Assembly (NCBI GenBank): GCA_965203055.1
Contig: OZ241863.1
Location: 3,392,001-3,456,000, forward strand
Reading direction: 5' to 3'
Length of the DNA: 64,000 nucleotides
DNA from: Spirochaetia bacterium
GTDB lineage: Bacteria; Spirochaetota; Spirochaetia; SZUA-6; Bin103
Positions 9,238 to 19,684 of the stretch are shown one piece after another. The translations under genes and the position numbers were made by a program. The notes under the pieces are model-generated. The model was not told the origin of the DNA. It worked only from the letters and a program-made list of their open reading frames with translations, and did not search any database. How positions within the stretch are numbered: position 1 is the first letter of the stretch; every line of letters starts with the position of its first letter.

Positions 9238-10593
9238 ATGACCTATCGGTTGCTGGCGCTGGGCTGCCAGATGAATACTTCGGACGGGGAGCGGATCGCG
9301 GCGGTGCTGCAGGGGGCCGGCTTCACCGAGGCGGCTACCGAGCGGCAGGCCGACCTGCTGGGCGTGGTGGCGTGCTCGGTGCGCCAGAAGGCGATCGACC
9401 GCGTCTACGGCCGCATCCGCGAGTGGAACCGATGGAAGCGGGAGCGGCCGCTGCTCACCTTCGTGTCCGGCTGCATCCTGCCGGAGGACGAAGCGAAGTT
9501 CCTGCGCCTGTTCGACCTGGTGTTCCGCATCGACGACCTGCCGCAGCTCCCGGAGATGATCCGCACCTCAGGCGTGGTCACGCCCGCGGCGGTCGCCGCC
9601 GCCCTGCAGCCGGGCCGCTCGGTGACGCTCAACCACACCGATCGGTTCTGGGGCATCACGCCGCGCTACGGTTCGGCCCATGCCGCCTACGTGCCGATTC
9701 AGAACGGCTGCGACAAGATGTGTACCTTCTGCGCCGTGCCCTACACGCGCGGGCGCGAGGTGTCGCGTCCGGCCGGCGACGTGCTACGCGAGGTGGCGGA
9801 CCTGGTGGAGCGCGGCTACCGCAGCATCACGCTGCTCGGCCAGAACGTGAACTCCTACGGCCGCGATCGGCCGGGAGCCGAACCCACCTTTGCCGCCCTG
9901 CTCGACAAGGTGGGGGCGCTGTGCGATTCCGCTCCGCAGAAGGTGTGGGTCTACTTCACTTCGCCGCACCCGGCGGACATGTCGCCCGCGGTGCTGGAGT
10001 GCATCGCCGAGCACGCGTCCCTGGCCAAGCAGATCCACCTGCCGATGCAGTCGGCCGACGACAAGGTGCTGATTCGCATGAACCGCAACCACCGCCTGGA
10101 CCAGTACCGCGCCGTGGTCGAACGGATCCGCGCGCTGCTGCCAACGGCCACGCTGTTTACCGACGTGATCGTCGGGTTCTGCGGCGAAACCGAGGAGCAG
10201 TTCGAGCGCACCCGCCGCGCCATGGAGGAGTTCGCATTCGACATGGCCTACATCGCGATCTATTCGCCGCGCCCCGGGGCCGCCGCGGCGCGCTGGCCGG
10301 ACGATGTCCCGCAGGCTGAGAAGAAGCGGCGGCTGCAGGTGCTGTCGGCGGTGCTGCAAGAGACCGCCCTGCGCCACAACCGGCGTTGGGAGGGACGCAC
10401 CGCTGAGGTGCTGGTGGAGGCCGAAGACCGCCGGCCGGGGCTGCTGCTGGGCCGCACCGAGGGCCGCATCCCGGTGCGCTTTCCGGGCGGCGCCGACCTG
10501 CTCGGCACCCGCCTGGAAGTGGAGATCGAGCGCGCCCGGCCGCTGTCGCTGGAAGGGCAGCCGGCGGTGCCGGCGGCGCTGGCCGCCTCTTGA
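9238..10593 (+). CDS. miaB: tRNA-2-methylthio-N6-dimethylallyladenosine synthase (radical SAM methylthiotransferase)
   Basis: LGCQMN..D, CSVRQKA, radical SAM motif GCDKMCTFC, VPYTRGRE, LLGQNVNSYG, C-terminal TRAM-like domain. Confidence 0.88.
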   Translation: MTYRLLALGCQMNTSDGERIAAVLQGAGFTEAATERQADLLGVVACSVRQKAIDRVYGRIREWNRWKRERPLLTFVSGCILPEDEAKFLRLFDLVFRIDDLPQLPEMIRTSGVVTPAAVAAALQPGRSVTLNHTDRFWGITPRYGSAHAAYVPIQNGCDKMCTFCAVPYTRGREVSRPAGDVLREVADLVERGYRSITLLGQNVNSYGRDRPGAEPTFAALLDKVGALCDSAPQKVWVYFTSPHPADMSPAVLECIAEHASLAKQIHLPMQSADDKVLIRMNRNHRLDQYRAVVERIRALLPTATLFTDVIVGFCGETEEQFERTRRAMEEFAFDMAYIAIYSPRPGAAAARWPDDVPQAEKKRRLQVLSAVLQETALRHNRRWEGRTAEVLVEAEDRRPGLLLGRTEGRIPVRFPGGADLLGTRLEVEIERARPLSLEGQPAVPAALAAS

Positions 10594-11879
10594 CCGCGGC
10601 GCCGCCGATCGCGCTGCCGCCGGGATTCCGGCGCCGGCCGCTGGCCGAACGGCAGGCAGCGCTTGCCGCGGCCCTGGGCGGCGAGTTGCCGCCCGCGCTC
10701 GCCGGCGACGCGGAAACGAACGCGCTGGCGGACCTGCTGATAGAGAATGCCGTCGGGGCGTTTCCGATTCCCCTTGGGTTGGCGACCGGTTTTCTGATCG
10801 ATGGCGAGGAGCTGAACATTCCGCTCGCCACCGAAGAGGCCTCGGTGGTGGCGGCCGCGAGTTACGCCGCTCGGTTGCTGGCCGCCGGGGACCGCGGCGC
10901 CGGCATTCGCACCGCGGCCGCTCCTCCCATCGCTACCGTTCAGCTCTTCCTGGAGCAGACCCGGCATGAGGCGGAGGCCGCGGTGCTGGCCGCGCAGGCG
11001 GAGATAGCCGCGCTGGTGGATGGCGCGGTGACGACCCTGGCGGCGCGCGGCGGCGGTTTTCGCGGCCTGGTGGTCGAGCGGCTCAGCGCCGCGCTCAAAG
11101 TGGAGATCGATCTCGACGTGCGCGACGCCATGGGCGCGAACAAGGTCAATACTGCCGGCGAGGCGGCGCGGCCACTGCTGGAGCGGCTCACCGGCGGGCG
11201 GCTGCTGATGGCCATCGTCACCAATGCCAGCCGCCGCGCACTGGTGCGGGCGGCCGGTCAGGTGCCGTGCGAGCGGCTGGCGCGCGCCGGCCATTCCGGC
11301 GCTCAGGTAGCGCAGCGCATCGCGCGCGCCGCGGCCATCGCCGCCGCCGACCACGACCGCGCGGTAACCCACAACAAGGGCGTGCTCAACGGCATCGCCG
11401 CGCTTGTCCAGGCAACCGGCAACGACACCCGCGCGGTGGAGGCCGCGGTCCACGGCTGGGCCGCCGCCGGCGGCCGCTACGCGCCGGTCACCAGCTACCA
11501 CGTCGCCGATGACGCCCTGCACTGCCGGCTGGAGTGCCCGCTGCCGCTCGGCAGCGTGGGCGGCGCCGTCGGCCTGCACCCGGTGAGCCGCCTCGCGCTG
11601 CGCATCCTCGGCCAGCCGGACAGCCGCCGCCTGGCGGCCATCGCCGCCGCGGTCGGGCTGGCGCAGAACCTCGCCGCGCTGCGGGCGCTGGTGACCGAAG
11701 GCATTCAGCACGGCCACATGCGCCTGCACGCGGAACGGCTGGCCTTCAGCGCCGGCGCGCGCGACGCCGAGGTGCCGGCGATCGCCGCGGCGCTGGCGGC
11801 CGCGGGGCAGATGGACGTGGCCGCCGCCCGCCAACTGCTGCAGGAGCGGCGCGAGGGCAGGGTTGGCCGGCGCGCGTAG
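10590..11879 (+). CDS. mvaA: Hydroxymethylglutaryl-CoA reductase, class II
   Basis: ENAVG, ATEEASVVAA, DAMGAN, HNKGVLNG, GNDTRA, EGIQHGHMRLH. Confidence 0.93.
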   Translation: MTAAPPIALPPGFRRRPLAERQAALAAALGGELPPALAGDAETNALADLLIENAVGAFPIPLGLATGFLIDGEELNIPLATEEASVVAAASYAARLLAAGDRGAGIRTAAAPPIATVQLFLEQTRHEAEAAVLAAQAEIAALVDGAVTTLAARGGGFRGLVVERLSAALKVEIDLDVRDAMGANKVNTAGEAARPLLERLTGGRLLMAIVTNASRRALVRAAGQVPCERLARAGHSGAQVAQRIARAAAIAAADHDRAVTHNKGVLNGIAALVQATGNDTRAVEAAVHGWAAAGGRYAPVTSYHVADDALHCRLECPLPLGSVGGAVGLHPVSRLALRILGQPDSRRLAAIAAAVGLAQNLAALRALVTEGIQHGHMRLHAERLAFSAGARDAEVPAIAAALAAAGQMDVAAARQLLQERREGRVGRRA

Positions 11880-12825
11880 GGTACGGGTGCGAGCCGCCCC
11901 GTCGCTGGCGCTGGTCAAGTACTGGGGCAAGGCCGACGCGCGGCGCAACCTGGCGGCTACTTCCAGCCTCGCGGTGACGGTCACCGGCCTGTACACCGAG
12001 ACGCGGCTGCAGGAGGCCGAATCCGACCACCTGACGGTAGACGACGCCGTGGTGCCGGCGGCGCGGCATGCCCCCTTCTTCAGCGCCGCGCGCGCCGCGC
12101 TGGGAGTGACCACCCGCTATCGGGCCGCGGCGCGCAACAACTTTCCCGGCGCCGCGGGACTGGCCAGCTCGGCGTCGTTGTTTGCCGCGCTGGCGGCGGG
12201 CTGCGCCGCGCTGGCCGGCGCGCCGCGGGCGCCCGCCCGCCTCTCGGCGCTGGCGCGCGTCGGCTCGGCCTCCGCGGCGCGCGCCGTGTGGGGCGGGTTC
12301 AGCGCGCTGCCGGCCGGCGCCGAGACCGCCTTTTGCGCGTTCCCGCCGGACCACTGGCCGGAGTTGCGGCTGCTGGTGGCGGTTACCTCGCGGCGCCGCA
12401 AGCCGATCTCGTCGCGCGCGGCGATGCTGCGGGTAGCGGAGACCTCTCCATACTACGGCGCCTGGGTCGCCGGCGCGGAGCCCACCTTCCAGGCGGCGCT
12501 GGCAGCGGTGCGCGCCCGCGACCTGCGGCAGCTCGGCCCGCACCTGCGCGCCAGCTACCTGCGCATGTTCGGCACCATGTTCGCCGCCGACCCACCGATC
12601 AACTACCTGCGCCCGCAATCGCTGCGAGTACTGGAAGTATTGGAAACGTTGCGCGGCGCCGGCATCGACGCCTGGGAGACCATGGACGCCGGCCCGCAGG
12701 TCAAGATCGCCTGTCTGGAGGCTGACGTCGACCGGGTCCGCGCCGCCCTGCTCGCCGGGGCCGGGCTGGCGCCCACCGACCTGATCGAGACCGCGCCCGG
12801 TCCGGGCCCCTGCCTCCTTGACTGA
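11863..12825 (+). CDS. mvaD: Diphosphomevalonate decarboxylase
   Basis: ALVKYWGK, NNFPGAAGLASSAS, ARVGSASAAR, TMDAGPQVK. Confidence 0.93.
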   Translation: MAGARRVRVRAAPSLALVKYWGKADARRNLAATSSLAVTVTGLYTETRLQEAESDHLTVDDAVVPAARHAPFFSAARAALGVTTRYRAAARNNFPGAAGLASSASLFAALAAGCAALAGAPRAPARLSALARVGSASAARAVWGGFSALPAGAETAFCAFPPDHWPELRLLVAVTSRRRKPISSRAAMLRVAETSPYYGAWVAGAEPTFQAALAAVRARDLRQLGPHLRASYLRMFGTMFAADPPINYLRPQSLRVLEVLETLRGAGIDAWETMDAGPQVKIACLEADVDRVRAALLAGAGLAPTDLIETAPGPGPCLLD

Positions 12826-13765
12826 GCGCTGCGCCGCGGCGGCGCCGGGCAGCGTGCTGCTGCTCGGCGAGTACGCCGTGACCGAGCCGGAGGCGCCGGG
12901 CATGGCATTGGCGGTGCTGCCCGAAGTTCGCGCCGCCGGCGTTGCCGGCCGCCCGCCGCGCATCACCGGCCGGATGGGCCGGCAGCGGTTTACCTGGACG
13001 CCGCAGGCGTGCGACTCGGCGCTGTTCGCCGCCCTGGTGGAGGAGTGCGGGGCGCCGCGCGGCGGCATCGAAGTGGACTCCGGCGCCTTCGCCGGACCGC
13101 GCGGCAAGCTGGGGTTGGGCTCCAGCGCGGCAGTGGCCGCGGCGGTAGCGGCGCTGCTGTTGTACGACCCGCAACCGGGCGCGGCGCCCGCCCTCGACCG
13201 GCGCCGCGTGTTCGCGGCGGCGCTCGCTGCCCACCGGGCGGCGCAGGGCGGACGCGGCAGCGGCTACGACGTGGCGGCCTCGGTATGGGGCGGGGCGGTG
13301 CGCTTTACCGGCGGCCGCACGCCGGCCGCGGCGCGCCGCCGGCCGCCGGCGCTGCCGCAACTCTACCTGGTCAGCGGGGCGCGGCCAATGGCCACTCCCG
13401 CGGCCGTCGCGCGCTACGAACGGTGGCGGCAGCGCGACCCGGCCGCGGCCGAGCGGTTCCGCGCGCGCTCGCGGGAGGTGGTCGAACAGTTCCTGGCGGC
13501 TACCGAGGCCGCCGCCTGCTGCGCCGCGCTCGGCGCCGGCGGCGAGTTGATCCGCTGGCTCGGGGCGCGTATCGGCGTGGCGGTGGAACCGCCCGACCTG
13601 CGCGCCCGCCTGGATCAGTTTCGCGCCCGCGGCTGGGCCGCCAAGCCGGTAGGGGCCGGCGGCGAGTTGGGGGTGGCCGCGGCGCCGGCGGGTTTGGCGC
13701 CCCCGCCTGCGCCCTACGCCGCGCCGTTGAGACTGGCGGCGGAGGGATTGCGCTGGCTGAGCTGA
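12818..13765 (+). CDS. Phosphomevalonate kinase (GHMP kinase)
   Basis: APGSVLLLGEYAV, KLGLGSSAA, GSGYDVAAS, KPVGAGG; operon position. Confidence 0.82.
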   Translation: MTERCAAAAPGSVLLLGEYAVTEPEAPGMALAVLPEVRAAGVAGRPPRITGRMGRQRFTWTPQACDSALFAALVEECGAPRGGIEVDSGAFAGPRGKLGLGSSAAVAAAVAALLLYDPQPGAAPALDRRRVFAAALAAHRAAQGGRGSGYDVAASVWGGAVRFTGGRTPAAARRRPPALPQLYLVSGARPMATPAAVARYERWRQRDPAAAERFRARSREVVEQFLAATEAAACCAALGAGGELIRWLGARIGVAVEPPDLRARLDQFRARGWAAKPVGAGGELGVAAAPAGLAPPPAPYAAPLRLAAEGLRWLS

Positions 13766-14793
13766 GCGGACGCGCCACCGGCAAGCTGCTGCTGTTCGGC
13801 GAACATGCCGCGGTCTACGGCCACCCCGCCCTCGGCATCAATCTGCCGTGGACGATTGAGGTACGCGTCAGCCCGCTTCCGGCGGCCAGCGCCTCCGGCG
13901 GGCTACGCTCCGCTGGCGCGCGGATTCCGCCGCTGCCCCCGCTCCCGCCGCTGCCGGCGCCGCTCGCCGCCATGCTCGCGCTTCCCGGCGAACCGGCGCT
14001 GATCGAAGTTCGTTCGCAGATCCCGATCGGGCTCGGGTTCGGTTCCAGCGCCGGGCTGTGCGCGGCCGCCGAACGCGCGTTGACGGGCAGGGCGCCCGCC
14101 AAGTCCACGGCGGTGTGGCGCGGAGCCCATGAGCGCGAGAAAGTGTTCCACGGCACGCCGTCGGGCGCCGACACCGGTCTTGCGATCCATCCCGGCATGG
14201 GGTTTCTGAGCTGGACGGAGGCGTCCGGCGGGCTGCCGAGCTACGAGCCGCTGCCGGTGTCCGACCTGCATCTCGTGGTCGCTGCCGTGCCGCGGCGCGG
14301 CGCCACCAAGGCGCAGGTCGCCGCAATCGCCGAGCGCATGCGCGCCGGCGACAGCGCTACGAACGACGCCTTGCGCCACCTCGGCCAGTGCAGCCGCGCG
14401 GCCCGCGAGCTCACGCTCCGGCCGCGGCTGCCGGCGGCGGAACTCGGCGCCGTGGCCGACGCCGCCCAGCGGCTCCTTGCCGGACTCGGCCTGGCCGATC
14501 CCTTGCAGGACCGGCTGCTACGCGCCGCGCGCGACGCAGGGGCCTGCGGCGGCAAGCTCAGCGGGGCCGGCGGCGGCGGCGCCTTCTTTCTGGTGTGCCC
14601 CGGCGCCGCGGCCGCGGCGCCGGTTCTGGCCGCGGTCCGCGGCCGGGCCGCGGCCGCCGCTCACCTCGTCGTTGGCGCCGGCGGCACGCGGCTGGCAGAC
14701 CCGGAATCACGGCCCTGGTCCATCGACCGCTGGCTGCACCGGCCGCCGCCCGCAGACCCCACGTCGACTGCGGCGACCGGCGGCGCCCGGTAG
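13753..14793 (+). CDS. mvk: Mevalonate kinase (start codon uncertain)
   Basis: GKLLLFGEHAAVYG, IPIGLGFGSSA, FHGTPSGAD, GKLSGAGGGG. Confidence 0.88.
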   Translation: MAELSGRATGKLLLFGEHAAVYGHPALGINLPWTIEVRVSPLPAASASGGLRSAGARIPPLPPLPPLPAPLAAMLALPGEPALIEVRSQIPIGLGFGSSAGLCAAAERALTGRAPAKSTAVWRGAHEREKVFHGTPSGADTGLAIHPGMGFLSWTEASGGLPSYEPLPVSDLHLVVAAVPRRGATKAQVAAIAERMRAGDSATNDALRHLGQCSRAARELTLRPRLPAAELGAVADAAQRLLAGLGLADPLQDRLLRAARDAGACGGKLSGAGGGGAFFLVCPGAAAAAPVLAAVRGRAAAAAHLVVGAGGTRLADPESRPWSIDRWLHRPPPADPTSTAATGGAR

Positions 14794-14828
14794 CGGACCG
14801 CGCCGCTTCCGGCGTACCCTGAGCGCGC

Positions 14829-15668
14829 TTGCACGTGATCACCTTCGCATCTGTCGAGCGGAGCCTGGCCGCTCTGCCGGCGGGGCAGGCCGGCCGCTGG
14901 GGGTTTCGCTCCGGCGCGCGCGGCACCCATACCAGCCGGACGATCATGCTCCGGGAGCTCTCGCTCCTGCTTCAGGCCGCGCCGATCGAGGCGGCGCGCG
15001 CCGCCTGCGCGCGGCTCGTCATCGACGAGAATTGCCTGGGCAAGCGCACCGCGGCGACGCGCAAGGCGTCGCTGCAGCGGCTGCGGGAGCTGTACGGCCT
15101 CGACCGCCGGCTGCTCCTGTTCCGGGTCCTCCGAACGCTGTGGCCGCACCACGAGTCGAGCCGCCCGCGGCTGGCGCTGCTGCTCGCCCTGGCGCGCGAC
15201 CCGCTGCTGCGCGCTACCGCCCCGGCCGTGCTCGGCTGCCCCGTCGGCGGGACGCTCTCCCGGCAGGCGGTGACCGACCTCGTCTCCGACGCGGCCGGCG
15301 ATCGCCTGAACCGGCGCACCGCGGATCAGGTGGTGCGCAACGCCCTCTCCTCCTGGACCCAGTCCGGGCACCTGCGCGGCGCCGGCATCAAGGTCCGGCA
15401 GCGGGTACCGGCGACGCCAGCCGCCGCCGCGTACGCGCTGCTGCTCGGCTACGCCGCCGGCCGGCGCGGCGGCCTGCTGTTCGAGACCCCCTGGTGCGCG
15501 GTCCTCGACGCCGGCGCGGGCGGCCTGGTGGGGCAGGCCGCGGCGGCGAAGCGCCTCGGCCTGCTCGATCTCAAGCAATCGGGGCCGATGATCGACGTTT
15601 CATTTGGTATCATGTTGGCGGATACCGGCGGGAGACTTGGCCATGGGACGCATCGACAAGCTGGCTGA
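14829..15668 (+). CDS. brxA: BREX BrxA-like protein
   Basis: First gene of the BREX operon, overlapping brxB. HTSRTIML..NCLGKRT..LRELYGLD..SSWTQSGHL resembles the brxA-position protein of PglZ type B loci. Confidence 0.65.
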   Translation: MHVITFASVERSLAALPAGQAGRWGFRSGARGTHTSRTIMLRELSLLLQAAPIEAARAACARLVIDENCLGKRTAATRKASLQRLRELYGLDRRLLLFRVLRTLWPHHESSRPRLALLLALARDPLLRATAPAVLGCPVGGTLSRQAVTDLVSDAAGDRLNRRTADQVVRNALSSWTQSGHLRGAGIKVRQRVPATPAAAAYALLLGYAAGRRGGLLFETPWCAVLDAGAGGLVGQAAAAKRLGLLDLKQSGPMIDVSFGIMLADTGGRLGHGTHRQAG

Positions 15669-16206
15669 GCGCTACGAACGCTACCTCGCGCTGCCGTGGG
15701 AGCAGGACCTTGCCGGCGCCGAGCGGGTGATCTTCCTGGTCTACGACAAGAGCGACGAACGGCGCCTGCGCGCGCGCAAGACCCTCTTCGAGCTGGCCAC
15801 CAGGCGGGCCGGACACCACTGGCAGGAGTGCGATCTGACGGCGGCGTTCGCGCGCTGGATGGCCGGGATCGACTACCGCGACAGCTACTTCGAGGCGCCG
15901 GAAGATCTGGAACTCAAGCTCGAAGAGGACTTCGCGGAGTACGCGGCCGCCTGGGTCCGCGAGACATTGCGGTCGCCGCAAGCCGGCCGCGGCTCGGGCG
16001 GCTCGGTCACCGGCGTGTTCGGCATCGCCTCGCTGTTCGGGTTCGTCCGCCTGTCCGAGCTGATGAGGGCGGTCGAGCAGGACGTCGCCGGCCGCCTCGC
16101 GGTGTTCTTTCCGGGCGAATATGAAGACAGTCAGTACCGGCTGTTGAACGCTCGGGACGGCTGGAACTACCTGGCCGTGCCGATCACCGCGCACGACGAA
16201 CGATGA
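15643..16206 (+). CDS. brxB: BREX protein BrxB (DUF1788)
   Basis: GIASLFGF..GRLAVFFPGEYE..YRLLNARDGWNYLA; GGAG ribosome-binding site; ATGA overlap with brxC. Confidence 0.85.
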   Translation: MGRIDKLAERYERYLALPWEQDLAGAERVIFLVYDKSDERRLRARKTLFELATRRAGHHWQECDLTAAFARWMAGIDYRDSYFEAPEDLELKLEEDFAEYAAAWVRETLRSPQAGRGSGGSVTGVFGIASLFGFVRLSELMRAVEQDVAGRLAVFFPGEYEDSQYRLLNARDGWNYLAVPITAHDER

Positions 16207-19200
16207 ATACCCCGACACCGACGTTGCAGAACCGGGACGTCTACCGGCAGGACCCCGACGAGATCTCCTTGCTGAACCACGGCGTCGCCGCCATGACTGA
16301 CGCCGCGACCGCGGACGAGCGCCGCATCCTGCGCTTCGAGCTGCGCCACTTCGTATGCGCCGGCCAGTACCGCGGCGGTCTGGTCCGCATCCTGGAGTCC
16401 TACCTCCGGCACCAGGGCCAGCCGGAGCAGCCGGCGGCCTGGATCAGCGGCTTCTTCGGCAGCGGCAAGTCGCATCTGGCAAAGATGCTGCGCTTCCTGT
16501 GGACCGACTTCACGTTCCCGGAGGATGGCGCCACCGCGCGCGGCCTGGCGCGGCTGCCGGACGAGGTGCGGGACCTGCTCGCCGAGGTCTCCACCCTGGG
16601 TCGGCGCGGGCGCGGGCTGCACGCCGCGGCCGGCACGCTGGGCGCCGGCGCCGGGGACAGCGTCCGGCTGGCGCTGCTCGGCATCGTCTTCAAGTCCGCC
16701 GGTCTGCCGGAGAGCTGGCCCCTGGCGCAGTTCTGCCTGTGGCTCAAGAAGAACCGCCTCTACGACCGGGTGCGCGCCGCGGTCGAGGCGGAAGGGCGGC
16801 CGTTTCGGCGCGAGTTGCAGGACCTGTACGTGAGTCCGGTCATCGCCCGCGCGCTGCTCGCCGCCGATGCCAACATCGCCCGCGACGAGCGGGAGGTCCG
16901 GGCGGTGCTGCGCGGACAGTTCCCCAAGGCCGCCGACATCACCACCGACCAGTTCGTCGACGCGCTGCAGGAGGCGTTGGCGGCCGGCGGCGCGCTGCCG
17001 GCGACGGCGATCATTCTCGACGAGGTGCAGCAGTACATCGGCGAGGACACCAACCGCTCCTACGTCGTCCAGGAGGTGGTCGAAGCGTGCAGCAAGCGGT
17101 TCGGCGGCCGCCTGCTGTTCGTCGGCACCGGTCAGACGGCGCTCTCCGGCACCGCGGCGCTGCATCGCCTGCAGGGCCGTTTCGCGGTCAACGTGGAGCT
17201 CTCCGATGCCGACGTCGAGACGGTGATCCGGCGCGTCGTGCTGGCCAAACGCCAGGATCGGGTTGCCGCGGTCCGCGCGGCCCTGGAGGCGAACGCGGGG
17301 GAAATCGGCCGCCACCTGACCGGCAGCCGGATCGGCCCGCGCGCCGAGGATCAGGAGATTCTGGTCGACGACTACCCGCTGCTGCCGGTGCGCCGGCGCT
17401 TCTGGGAGTACACGCTGCGCGCGGTCGACCGCGCCGGCACCGCCGGGCAGCTCCGCACCCAACTCCGCATCGTCTACGACGCCATCCGCCGCACCGCCGG
17501 CGAGCCGCTCGGCAGCGTCGTGCCGGCCGACTTCCTGTTCGACGAACAGGCGTCCAGTCTGCTGCAGTCCGGCGTGTTGCTGCGCGAGCTGCACGAGACG
17601 ATCGTCCGGCAGCGCGCTGACGGCAGTGCCGACGGCCTCCTCAAGTCGCGGCTGTGCGCGCTGGTCTTCCTGATCCGCAAGCTCCCGCGCGAGGCCGGGG
17701 CGGACATCGGCGTGCACGCCACCGCGGAGGCGCTGGCCGACCTGCTGGTGCGGGACTTGGCGACCGACGGCGCGGCGCTGCGCGGCCGGCTGCCGGCGCT
17801 CCTGGACGAGTTGGTCGCCGCCGGCACGCTGATGCAGATCGGCCGGGAGTTCAGCCTGCAGACCCGCGAGAGCAGCGACTGGGAAGCGGAGTTCCGCAAC
17901 CGGCAACGCCGGCTCGGCGGAGATCCGGCCGCCATGAGCAGCGTGCGCTCCACGCTGCTCGGCAGCGCGGTGCAGGCGGCGCTGGGGCCGCTGCGGCTCA
18001 CCCACGGGGCGAGCAAGGAACCGCGCAAGCTGGCGCTGCACTTCGGGTCCGAGGCGCCGCCGGTGGGCCGCGACCTCCCGGTGTGGGTGCGCGACGGGTG
18101 GGGCGCCGCGGAGAGCGCCGTGCTCGCCGAGGCGCGCGCCGCCGGCGCGGACGACCCGGTGATCCACCTGTTCGTGCCCAAGTCCGACGCCGACGCGCTG
18201 GCGCGGCTGATCGCCGCCCGCGGCGCCGCGCAGGAGACGCTGGACTACCAGGGCATCCCGTCCGGGCCGGAAGGGATCGAGGCACGCCAGGGCATGGAGA
18301 CGCGGCTGACCGCGGCGGAGCGCAACCTGCAGGCAATGATGGCGCGCGCCGCCGGCGGCGCGAAGGTGTTTCAGGGCGGCGGCCACGAGCGGCCGGAATC
18401 GACCGTGGCCGAGAAGGTGCGGGCGGCGGCGGCCGCCTCGCTGGAGCGGCTGTTCTTCCGGTTCAAGGACGCCGACCACGACCGTTGGCCCGCGGTGATT
18501 GAGCGCGCCCGCGGCGGCGCGGAGAGCCCGTTGGCGGCGCTCGACTTCAACGGCAAGACCGCCGACCACCCGGTGTGCGCGGCGGTGCTCGCCTGGGTCG
18601 GCGCCGGCAAGCGGGGCCGGGAGGTGCGCGCCCACTTCTCGGCTCCGCCCTGCGGCTGGCCGCGCGACGCGATCGACGGGGCGCTGCTCAGCCTGTTCGC
18701 GACCGGGCACCTGCGCGCGACCGCCAACGGCGTGGCGGTCGCCCCGCGCGGGCTGGACCAGACCAAGGTGTCTCGTACGGACTTCCGGGTGGAGACCGCG
18801 ACGGTAGCCGCGCCGCAGCGCCTGCAGGCGCGCAGGCTGTTTCAGAGCGCGGGCGTGGACTGCAAGCCGAACGAAGAGGTGGAGGCGGCCGGCCGCTTTC
18901 TGGACCGGCTCCTGGAGCTGGCCGACGGCGCCGGCGGCGAGGCGCCGCTGCCGGTCCGGCCGGAAACCGGAGCGGTGGAGGAGCTGCGCTCCCGGGCCGG
19001 CAACGAACAGCTCCTGGCGGTGCTCGACCGGCACGACCAACTGGCGACTAACCTGGCCGACTGGACCGCGGCCGGGCAGTTGGCAGCCGCGCGCCTGCCG
19101 GCGTTCCGTCGCCTGCAGGCGCTGGCCCGCCACGCGGAGGGACTTGCGGCCGCCGGCGCGGCGCAGCCGCAGCTCGCCGCGCTCGTGGAGCACCGGCGGC

Positions 19201-19667
19201 TGCTGGACGCGACCGATCCGGTGCCCGACCTCGCCGCGCGCCTCACCGATGCGCTGCGCGCCGCGTTGGCGCGGTCGCAAGCCGGCTATGACGAGACCTA
19301 CGAGGCGGAGCGGCAACGTCTGGAGCAAGCCGAAAGCTGGCGGCAGCTCGATGCCGCCCGGCGCCGCGAAATCCTCGACCGGCTGCGCCTGGAGCCGGCC
19401 ACCGCCGGGGCGACCGGCACCGAGCGGGAGGTACTGGAATCGCTGGACCGCATCTCCCTGGACGGCTGGCGCACGCGCACCGCGGCCCTCCCGCAGTGGT
19501 TCGCGCAGGCCCGCGCCGCCGCCGACCGGCTGGTCGAACCGGAAATCCGCCACCATAAGCTCACCGGCGCCACGTTGCGCACGCGGGAAGATGTCCGGGC
19601 CTGGATCGAGACCACCGAACGGGAGCTGCTGAATCAGGTGGAGCAGGGCCCGGTCGTCATCGGCTGA
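16203..19667 (+). CDS. brxC: BREX P-loop ATPase BrxC
   Basis: WISGFFGSGKSHL Walker A, ILDEVQQYIG Walker B, PPCGWPRDAI; 1154 aa. Confidence 0.92.
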   Translation: MNTPTPTLQNRDVYRQDPDEISLLNHGVAAMTDAATADERRILRFELRHFVCAGQYRGGLVRILESYLRHQGQPEQPAAWISGFFGSGKSHLAKMLRFLWTDFTFPEDGATARGLARLPDEVRDLLAEVSTLGRRGRGLHAAAGTLGAGAGDSVRLALLGIVFKSAGLPESWPLAQFCLWLKKNRLYDRVRAAVEAEGRPFRRELQDLYVSPVIARALLAADANIARDEREVRAVLRGQFPKAADITTDQFVDALQEALAAGGALPATAIILDEVQQYIGEDTNRSYVVQEVVEACSKRFGGRLLFVGTGQTALSGTAALHRLQGRFAVNVELSDADVETVIRRVVLAKRQDRVAAVRAALEANAGEIGRHLTGSRIGPRAEDQEILVDDYPLLPVRRRFWEYTLRAVDRAGTAGQLRTQLRIVYDAIRRTAGEPLGSVVPADFLFDEQASSLLQSGVLLRELHETIVRQRADGSADGLLKSRLCALVFLIRKLPREAGADIGVHATAEALADLLVRDLATDGAALRGRLPALLDELVAAGTLMQIGREFSLQTRESSDWEAEFRNRQRRLGGDPAAMSSVRSTLLGSAVQAALGPLRLTHGASKEPRKLALHFGSEAPPVGRDLPVWVRDGWGAAESAVLAEARAAGADDPVIHLFVPKSDADALARLIAARGAAQETLDYQGIPSGPEGIEARQGMETRLTAAERNLQAMMARAAGGAKVFQGGGHERPESTVAEKVRAAAAASLERLFFRFKDADHDRWPAVIERARGGAESPLAALDFNGKTADHPVCAAVLAWVGAGKRGREVRAHFSAPPCGWPRDAIDGALLSLFATGHLRATANGVAVAPRGLDQTKVSRTDFRVETATVAAPQRLQARRLFQSAGVDCKPNEEVEAAGRFLDRLLELADGAGGEAPLPVRPETGAVEELRSRAGNEQLLAVLDRHDQLATNLADWTAAGQLAAARLPAFRRLQALARHAEGLAAAGAAQPQLAALVEHRRLLDATDPVPDLAARLTDALRAALARSQAGYDETYEAERQRLEQAESWRQLDAARRREILDRLRLEPATAGATGTEREVLESLDRISLDGWRTRTAALPQWFAQARAAADRLVEPEIRHHKLTGATLRTREDVRAWIETTERELLNQVEQGPVVIG

Positions 19668-19684
19668 GAAGGTACGCGGCGGTA

